NCBI GenBank assembly: GCA_026418415.1
Contig: JAOABK010000001.1
Coordinates: 7,080 to 71,079 of the forward strand
DNA: 64,000 nt
Reading direction: 5' to 3'
Source: Pseudomonadota bacterium
Lineage (GTDB): Bacteria > CALINM01
Part shown: positions 58,601-64,000 of the stretch, one piece after another
Position numbering within the stretch: position 1 is the stretch's first letter
Layout: every line of letters starts with the position of its first letter
Notes under the pieces: generated by a model
What the model was told of the DNA's origin: nothing
What the model saw: the letters and a program-made list of their open reading frames with translations, nothing else
Database searches by the model: none
Position numbers and translations under genes: made by a program

Positions 58601-60904
58601 AAACATTCAAATAATATATATCTTAATGGATGTCTTAACTTACAATGCCATCCTAATGATGACAAAATTCACAAAACAGGTTCTGGCTTCTGGAATTACA
58701 CCTTGAAGGTACAGATTAAAAAACAGTATGTGTTTATGGGTGTATGTCTTAAATGCCATGATGATGATAGTGAGGGGCAATGTGAATCCTGTCATGCAAT
58801 TGATAATAAGCATAAGTTGGGTTATGATCCTGGTACTGGATTTATAAAACCACAAAAAGCAAAAGCTGCTGGTACTCACTATGGTTATAAGCATTATCTA
58901 CAGGGTTCTACTAAGGGAGGAAAATTTTGTTGGGATTGTCATGATCCTCATGGTGATACAAATATTTATATGATACACGATAAAGTAGCTGTTGAAACAG
59001 ATGGTATATTCGGAAAACCAGTTCAAAGAGCGAGTGTTGTATTTACAAGAAAACAAAGTGGCAGTGATTATGTGAAAATAAACGCACCCTATAATGGTAT
59101 TTGCAATGTTTGTCACAGCTATGGAAGCCAGCATTACAGAAAAGATGCTGGAGATGGACACCAGTTAGGAAGGGTTTGTACAGAATGTCATAATCACAGA
59201 TTTACCGATAGTCATTCTTCAGGACAACAATGTAATACCTGTCATTTAAACAAACCTATACCAAGACACTCATCCTTCGGACTACCAAGAGATTGCACAA
59301 AATGCCACAATGGTACTATTGGAAGAAGAACAAATGTTATGGCACAGTTAAAAGGAAATTCTCACCATATTCAGAATGTAAACGTAACAAACAGACATTG
59401 TTATGCTTGTCATTGGGAAGCAACCCCTGAAGGGATTGTGAATAATGATTATCATGAAGGCTACAATACTAAAACCCATTCTTCAAGGAAGGATGCAAAA
59501 GTAGATCTTGTTGTTTGGGGACCCAATAAAAGACCAACGGTTTATAAACTCTATTCTTCCGCGGTAGTATTCGTTGCAATTAGTAGTATTGGAACTCCAA
59601 GAGAAAGGGAGCAGGTAGGGAATATTTCTCAGCATTGTTTGAGCTGTCATAGTGATAAAAATAATGATACACAGCCATTTAATGATTGTAAAACACCCAA
59701 TCAATATGCATGGGATAGAAGCAGTATCGAAAGTAGATTTAAGAATAAAGAAACAACTAAATGGGGTAAGTATAATACTTCAGGGGCAGCAAAGAAGGAT
59801 ATAAATAAAGCACTATCTGCCCATGGAAATGCAAAAGCAAATGCTGGAGGCTTTGATCCAGCAAATGGCTTGGATGGAACGATTCCTAATACAAGAAATG
59901 GAAATGCAAACGTGGAATGCTTTGATTGTCATAATTCTCATGGTTCATTAGTAGGTGGAAACACTTCGAGTTATATATCCTTTAATGGAACAAAAAATGG
60001 AGGTATTTTAAAAGATACAACAGCAGGAAGAAGTGGTTATCCAATAACATATAGAGCACAGGGTAAGAGTGATGGTATTAATCCCTATTCTGTTCAAGCA
60101 GGACAATGCTTTGATTGTCACATGACGGAAAATGGTGGAGTTACAACACCTTGGGGGTACAAGTCAACCTTTGGAGCAACTCAACCTATTATGGGATATT
60201 ATGATTCAATCAAATTTGGTGAAGGAGATTCTGGTGCGAAGAAGAGATTTAGTTTTAGAAATCCCCTTAATATAAAGGGAGGGCATTTTAAAGCAAGTTC
60301 TAATCTTGTTAATACACCAGATAAACAAATAGAAGGATTGTGTACTAATTGCCATGATCCCCATGGTGTAAGCCCATCCTTTGGTGAAGATAGATTTTAC
60401 GCAGTTCCATTGCTCAAAGGGACATGGCTCACATCTCCTTATAAAGAAGATATTCCACCAACTCATGGCCCAACAGGTGGTAGTTATTTATATGATAGTC
60501 CTCAAAATCATACTAATCTTGATTCAACTTCTGTATTTCCAAATGGTAAAGCAGATGAACCAGAAGAAAAGTTTGCAGGTCTATGTCTTAAGTGCCATCC
60601 AAAAAACAAACTAACTGATGGAGTAAATCAGAATACTGCATGGAAGAGCCTTGATAGGGTTCATGAGACTGTGAAAGGTTGGGGAAAGAATACTAAGCAT
60701 AATTTTGTATGCTCAAAGTGTCATGCACCTCATACAAGCTTATTACCCAGACTCATGGTAACTAACTGTATTGATTATAACCACAGAGGAATGGTAGCTT
60801 CTGGTGGGTATCCAAATGGTGGTCGAGGTGGTAGTTATCCACAATGTCATCCTCAAGATGGGAGCTGGCCTAAGAGTTATTGGAACTGGAAGACTCCATG
60901 GTAA
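55646..60904 (+). CDS. Giant secreted multiheme c-type cytochrome (~1,753 aa, ~36 CxxCH + 6 CX3-4CH motifs)
   Basis: GTG 55646 follows GAGGA, with a Sec signal peptide (FFVKTAFS|VDPP). I counted 36 canonical CxxCH plus six C-x(3,4)-CH variants (e.g. CTNIYCH, CTVYCH, CTNVYCH). The track ORF starts further upstream at 55574. Confidence 0.85.
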   Translation: MKPKSLKFLFLFFFIVFFVKTAFSVDPPHDRFSCNNCHGNNLISTKNGGLDLSRMCLDCHKPGGYGKPVNTKPANPYGTADLIIQRHKGTEHAFLGGDNNPLAKAVSPSGDEFYGHNVTGVITCASCHNPHVQNNEDGKFLRVKLGKTDELCLRCHVDMNQKPNGYSHPVNVSLNKDGFFVLPQFSSLRKVYEKKENNLTCTVCHKTHNGFSKITSYGHSGDGFLGRTEIDEWLCLQCHKKPVHGNSKGRPEPLCKDCHTMHNPGNNIKLIKNSINFNGNTKEVNFKNNSLATDFYNLEGSGVCQVCHRNTKYFKNYTASKFIVTGTSIHNPDNLICTECHSHGNLVNFQAPKAKEKPNFEKDAFKGCAGCHGFPPTLNSLGNNGLARNEGGTGSMNVGAHIKHATETGYSFACNTCHKGGMPLTPIYDKKIQIGFELFNGLLKGGFFEGRSSIKNGYSFSSGNGETNVSNGSTSKCTNIYCHSNANPIDKATVYKEIGWNNKNISCRDCHNDITYPDGLSSYHKKHLQSGYNYKCEDCHKETVIGNNEIKNKTKHVNSIKDVVFKLTGDYGVDKSCTVYCHSDGKGGQPEQQVRWNISLTISCDSCHRGRLNDFKQMTSFGHNRLVSKNWIRKYPCYYCHDDTVDENGNIKSYTKHINQIKDVKMSSKWAIPGRPEPAYITSTKVCTNVYCHSDGTTNPEAVKPFSWNEGRANCDTCHGHPRGTCNNAGCHDGIARELKIDWKPEDIWKSSVPMYPNEGAGKPRANSHARHIETNFTCDKCHATTIIGGDCLSCHKNGIPPGSMTEAPHLNANYHVNGRKDVVFKDGGVYNPITKTCSNTNCHTGGSDPQWGGSVNSAVICLSCHGTTGGDIDNFDAFDGTQAKINLTQWAVAGHGRKASHGNYPSGNPPANFPGNPCWYCHDNTVLHKKADNPYRLKLHNQFERRFDKECVYCHMEKKEEECLKCHNSVESLAPQMNSASVVAKHSNNIYLNGCLNLQCHPNDDKIHKTGSGFWNYTLKVQIKKQYVFMGVCLKCHDDDSEGQCESCHAIDNKHKLGYDPGTGFIKPQKAKAAGTHYGYKHYLQGSTKGGKFCWDCHDPHGDTNIYMIHDKVAVETDGIFGKPVQRASVVFTRKQSGSDYVKINAPYNGICNVCHSYGSQHYRKDAGDGHQLGRVCTECHNHRFTDSHSSGQQCNTCHLNKPIPRHSSFGLPRDCTKCHNGTIGRRTNVMAQLKGNSHHIQNVNVTNRHCYACHWEATPEGIVNNDYHEGYNTKTHSSRKDAKVDLVVWGPNKRPTVYKLYSSAVVFVAISSIGTPREREQVGNISQHCLSCHSDKNNDTQPFNDCKTPNQYAWDRSSIESRFKNKETTKWGKYNTSGAAKKDINKALSAHGNAKANAGGFDPANGLDGTIPNTRNGNANVECFDCHNSHGSLVGGNTSSYISFNGTKNGGILKDTTAGRSGYPITYRAQGKSDGINPYSVQAGQCFDCHMTENGGVTTPWGYKSTFGATQPIMGYYDSIKFGEGDSGAKKRFSFRNPLNIKGGHFKASSNLVNTPDKQIEGLCTNCHDPHGVSPSFGEDRFYAVPLLKGTWLTSPYKEDIPPTHGPTGGSYLYDSPQNHTNLDSTSVFPNGKADEPEEKFAGLCLKCHPKNKLTDGVNQNTAWKSLDRVHETVKGWGKNTKHNFVCSKCHAPHTSLLPRLMVTNCIDYNHRGMVASGGYPNGGRGGSYPQCHPQDGSWPKSYWNWKTPW

Positions 60905-60917
60905 AGGAGACAGACTA

Positions 60918-63900
60918 ATGATTAAACGTTTGAACATAGCAGTTCTACTAATTTTATTTTTAACCAGTTCACTTTTTGCTTCTGGTGGTGAACAGATATG
61001 TAAAAAATTAGATATAAATAATGTTGCATATCCCACTGCTTCGGTCAGGGATTTTGAAGGCAACATAATAGTTGCAGGATATAAGAGCATATCAATGAGT
61101 GATGAATCTTTTTATATTGCTAAGATAAGTTCTGATTGTTCTGGCATTTTATGGAGTTATGAAGAAAATCCTTCCAACCAATCAGATAGATTAGTTTCAG
61201 TAACAACAGATTTTGAGGGTAATGTAATAGCAGTGGGATATATATTATATGGTTCAAACTTTGATATAAAGATTTTAAAATTGAATAAAGAAACGGGAAG
61301 TATTGTTTGGACTGAAAGGTATAATGGTTTAGCAAATCTTGATGATTTTCCAGTGGCTGTTAAAGTCGATAGCGTAGGAAATGTTTATGTTGCTGGATAT
61401 TCAAGGAATACATCGGGAAACGATGATTTTCTGTTAATAAAATATTCGAAAAATGGTGGTCTTCCATTGTGGGTTCAAACTTTTAATAGCGCTTATAACA
61501 AGGATGATAGAGCCACATCTCTTGATATAAAGTCTGACAGTGTTATCATCGCAGGATATTCAGATAACGGATCAGATCTTGATATGCTTCTTATAAAATA
61601 TGCCCTAACGGGAGAATTGCTTTGGAGTAGAAGATACATAGGTAATGCTAACAACGAAGATAGAGCAGTAGGAGTTAAAATTGACGATAATGGAGATGTA
61701 TTATTAACTGGATTTACAACCAATAGCAATGGAAATAAAGATATCTATATTGGGAAATACTTCAAAGATACAGGAGTTCCAATATGGGAGAAAATTTACA
61801 ATGGTGGTTATGATGACGAACCTTACTCTATAGCAATTGGGGAGGGTAATAATGTTTATCTTACAGGTTATACATGGACTATTGAACATCACACACAACT
61901 AACCACAATGAAAATATCCTCTTTAAATGGTGAGATTATTTGGCAAAGAAATTTTTCCCTATCAGAGGATATAACGTCAGTGGGGATTGATATTACTGTT
62001 GAGAATGAAGAAGATGTTTATGTAACAGGATATTTGGTTAGGGGTACAAACTATAATATTCTTACTTTAAAATATCACAAAATTTTGGGTAATCAAGTAT
62101 GGTCTGTAGAATATGATGGTGATGCAGGTAAAAATGATAGACCTATTGGTATTTTTATAGGTTTAGATGGTAAGGTAATTGTAGCTGGGTGGTCAGAAAC
62201 AGGTATTAATGAACCTCATTTTTTAATCCTTAAGTATGAGCCGGGTAGCATAAATGCACCAACTAATTTAACTGCAGAAGTACTTTCTAACTCACAAGTT
62301 AGATTAAGTTGGAGTGATAACTCTAACAATGAAGATTCATTCAAAATTGAAAGAAAAACTGGTGATTTAGGTAATTGGCAAGAAATTGCATCTCTATCAG
62401 CAAATACAATAAACTATATAGATAACTCAGTCTCTGCAAATACAAAATATTATTATAGAGTAAGAGCCTACAGCACTACCTTTGGTTATTCTCATTATAG
62501 TAATGAAACCAAAGTCATTACAACCGTTATAACCTTTGAACAACCAACTTGGGTGTATACGTATAATGGCTCTGGGAATAATGATGATTATGCTAATGCT
62601 ATAGCTATAGGTCCAGATAGTAATCCCGTTATTGCAGGATTTAGCTTTTCTTCAATCTCTGGCTTTGATTATGTAACTATGAAGTTGAATAGAAGCAATG
62701 GGGCTTTAATCTGGTCAAGGTCCTATGATGACCCCGAAAATGATACAGATATAGCAACATGTATAGATGTTGATAATAACAATGATGTTATTGTTTCTGG
62801 TTTTGCTTCTCTATTTAATCCTAATGTTGGATACAATACAAACGATATAATGACAATAAAGTATTCGTCAAATGGAGCTTTGCTGTGGAGTGATGCTTTT
62901 AGTGGTCCAGGCAATAATGATGATAGATCAGTTGCAATATCTGTTTCTAAAGATGCTTCGGGCAATCCCTTTATTCTTGGTTATGGTAAAAACGCATCAG
63001 GGAATGACGACATTTATCTTATAAAATATAATGCTTCTGGAACAAGACAGTGGTCAAAAATTTACAATGGCGGTGGAGATGACTACCCATCTTCATTTGT
63101 GATAGATAAGAATGGCGATGTTATTATAGCAGGTTATGTTACAAGAGGTGGTAACTTTGATTGGTATGTTAGTAAGTATAAAAACAGTGATGGTACCATC
63201 TTATGGACCTATTTTTATGATGAAGTCGGGCTTGAAGATAAGGCGCTCTCAATTACAGCGGATAAAAATGGTGATATATTTGTAACTGGTTTTATATCAA
63301 AGTCTGGTAGTATTAAAGATATTCAGTTGATAAAACTTTCTGGCGGTAGTGGTGGGCTTTTGTGGCAGAAAAAGTTTAACAGAAACTCAGGGGATAATGA
63401 GGCAATAAAGGTTTTAATAGACCCAGTTGATGGTGATATAGTTATTGCGGGTTCAATAACAAGCATAGAAGGAGATAAGGATATATATACTGCGAAGTTT
63501 AAAAATAGCGATGGTTCATTAATTTGGGAAAGGACGGTTTCAAGACTTTCAATAAACGATATTTTGGCTGATGCAGTTGTTGATATTAGCGGTAATGTCT
63601 GTCTTGGAGGTAATTCTGGACAATGGGAAGGACAGGATATCGTGGCAATAAAGTTTGATCATGAAGGAAATCTTTTAGGTGCTTCATTATATAACGGTGT
63701 GGCCAATAGACAGGATGGTGTTGAGAAAATAGCAGTTAATAGATTTGGAGAAACATTCTTAGTTGGTTATACCACTACTGCTAATGGCGACACAGATTTT
63801 CTTATATTCAAATGCGGTTTAGATCCTATTCAAGTTCCAACACCTTTAAGTGTAACAGCTTCATATAATTCTTTGGTCATTAATTGGGTAGATAATTCTT

Positions 63901-64000
63901 TTTCTGAGCTGGGTTATCGAATTGAGAGAAAAACAGGGCCATGCTCAAGCAATGATAATTTTCAAGTTATTACACAAACACCTCCTAATGTAACATCCTA
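60918..64000 (+). CDS. Large secreted beta-propeller (SBBP-repeat) / fibronectin-III surface protein, 3'-partial (runs off window)
   Basis: Not in the ORF track because no stop is reached. ATG 60918 follows AAGGAGA, with signal peptide MIKRLNIAVLLILFLTSSLFASG. More than 20 repeats of ...GN(V/I)Y(V/L)(T/A)GY... D(I/F)(L/Y)LIKY...G...W and at least two FN3-like modules (LSWSDNS..YYYRVRAY). Confidence 0.7.
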   Translation, partial: MIKRLNIAVLLILFLTSSLFASGGEQICKKLDINNVAYPTASVRDFEGNIIVAGYKSISMSDESFYIAKISSDCSGILWSYEENPSNQSDRLVSVTTDFEGNVIAVGYILYGSNFDIKILKLNKETGSIVWTERYNGLANLDDFPVAVKVDSVGNVYVAGYSRNTSGNDDFLLIKYSKNGGLPLWVQTFNSAYNKDDRATSLDIKSDSVIIAGYSDNGSDLDMLLIKYALTGELLWSRRYIGNANNEDRAVGVKIDDNGDVLLTGFTTNSNGNKDIYIGKYFKDTGVPIWEKIYNGGYDDEPYSIAIGEGNNVYLTGYTWTIEHHTQLTTMKISSLNGEIIWQRNFSLSEDITSVGIDITVENEEDVYVTGYLVRGTNYNILTLKYHKILGNQVWSVEYDGDAGKNDRPIGIFIGLDGKVIVAGWSETGINEPHFLILKYEPGSINAPTNLTAEVLSNSQVRLSWSDNSNNEDSFKIERKTGDLGNWQEIASLSANTINYIDNSVSANTKYYYRVRAYSTTFGYSHYSNETKVITTVITFEQPTWVYTYNGSGNNDDYANAIAIGPDSNPVIAGFSFSSISGFDYVTMKLNRSNGALIWSRSYDDPENDTDIATCIDVDNNNDVIVSGFASLFNPNVGYNTNDIMTIKYSSNGALLWSDAFSGPGNNDDRSVAISVSKDASGNPFILGYGKNASGNDDIYLIKYNASGTRQWSKIYNGGGDDYPSSFVIDKNGDVIIAGYVTRGGNFDWYVSKYKNSDGTILWTYFYDEVGLEDKALSITADKNGDIFVTGFISKSGSIKDIQLIKLSGGSGGLLWQKKFNRNSGDNEAIKVLIDPVDGDIVIAGSITSIEGDKDIYTAKFKNSDGSLIWERTVSRLSINDILADAVVDISGNVCLGGNSGQWEGQDIVAIKFDHEGNLLGASLYNGVANRQDGVEKIAVNRFGETFLVGYTTTANGDTDFLIFKCGLDPIQVPTPLSVTASYNSLVINWVDNSFSELGYRIERKTGPCSSNDNFQVITQTPPNVTS

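Noticed and set aside
56199-61898. Many short minus-strand ORFs (60-115 aa) across the giant cytochrome gene and the start of the SBBP gene
   Set aside because: The sense strand encodes a continuous heme-motif-rich protein. The antisense ORFs have no motifs and are compositionally biased. They are treated as noise.
1-64000. CRISPR arrays, IS elements, prophage or toxin-antitoxin modules
   Set aside because: No regularly spaced direct repeats and no transposase, integrase, Cas or phage-structural signatures were seen on either strand.

Overview
This is a very AT-rich (~30% GC), gene-dense window from a diderm (Gram-negative-type) anaerobe. The window contains no transposases, integrases or CRISPR arrays.

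The first ~45 kb is mostly housekeeping or conserved genes:
- a four-subunit 2-oxoacid:ferredoxin oxidoreductase operon (delta/alpha/beta/gamma);
- a pgsA, lytic transglycosylase and M24 peptidase block;
- a radical-SAM (SPL family) plus nucleosidase operon;
- a tRNA-Ala(CGC);
- an Mla-like lipid transport operon whose ATPase subunit is catalytically degenerate;
- PolX, MscS, agmatine deiminase, N-carbamoylputrescine amidase, a GltB-like FMN protein, miaB, two atypical response regulators, trxB, prmA and rsmE;
- a long minus-strand array: sigma54 activator, yedF, ArsR, Crp/Fnr, CheY-like regulator, ABC-2 transporter, then hflX-hfq-miaA-mutL.

The last ~19 kb holds what looks like an extracellular-electron-transfer island. 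First, a tightly coupled operon: an MtrA-like decaheme cytochrome c, a 625-aa outer-membrane beta-barrel, a periplasmic binding protein and a methyl-accepting chemotaxis protein. After gyrA, a TPR lipoprotein and rlmH comes a giant secreted cytochrome of about 1,750 aa with 36 canonical CxxCH motifs plus 6 CX3-4CH variants. It is followed 13 nt later by a large secreted beta-propeller (SBBP) / FN3 protein that runs off the window end and is absent from the ORF track.

Other points worth a second look: hflX has no canonical start codon in frame upstream of its N-terminal domain (probably an ATT/ATA start overlapping hfq). There is an SfsA-DUF123 nuclease fusion. A DsbC-like protein carries an N-terminal CxxCH. 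The sigma54 activator has a degenerate GAFTGA motif and Cys-rich PAS domains.
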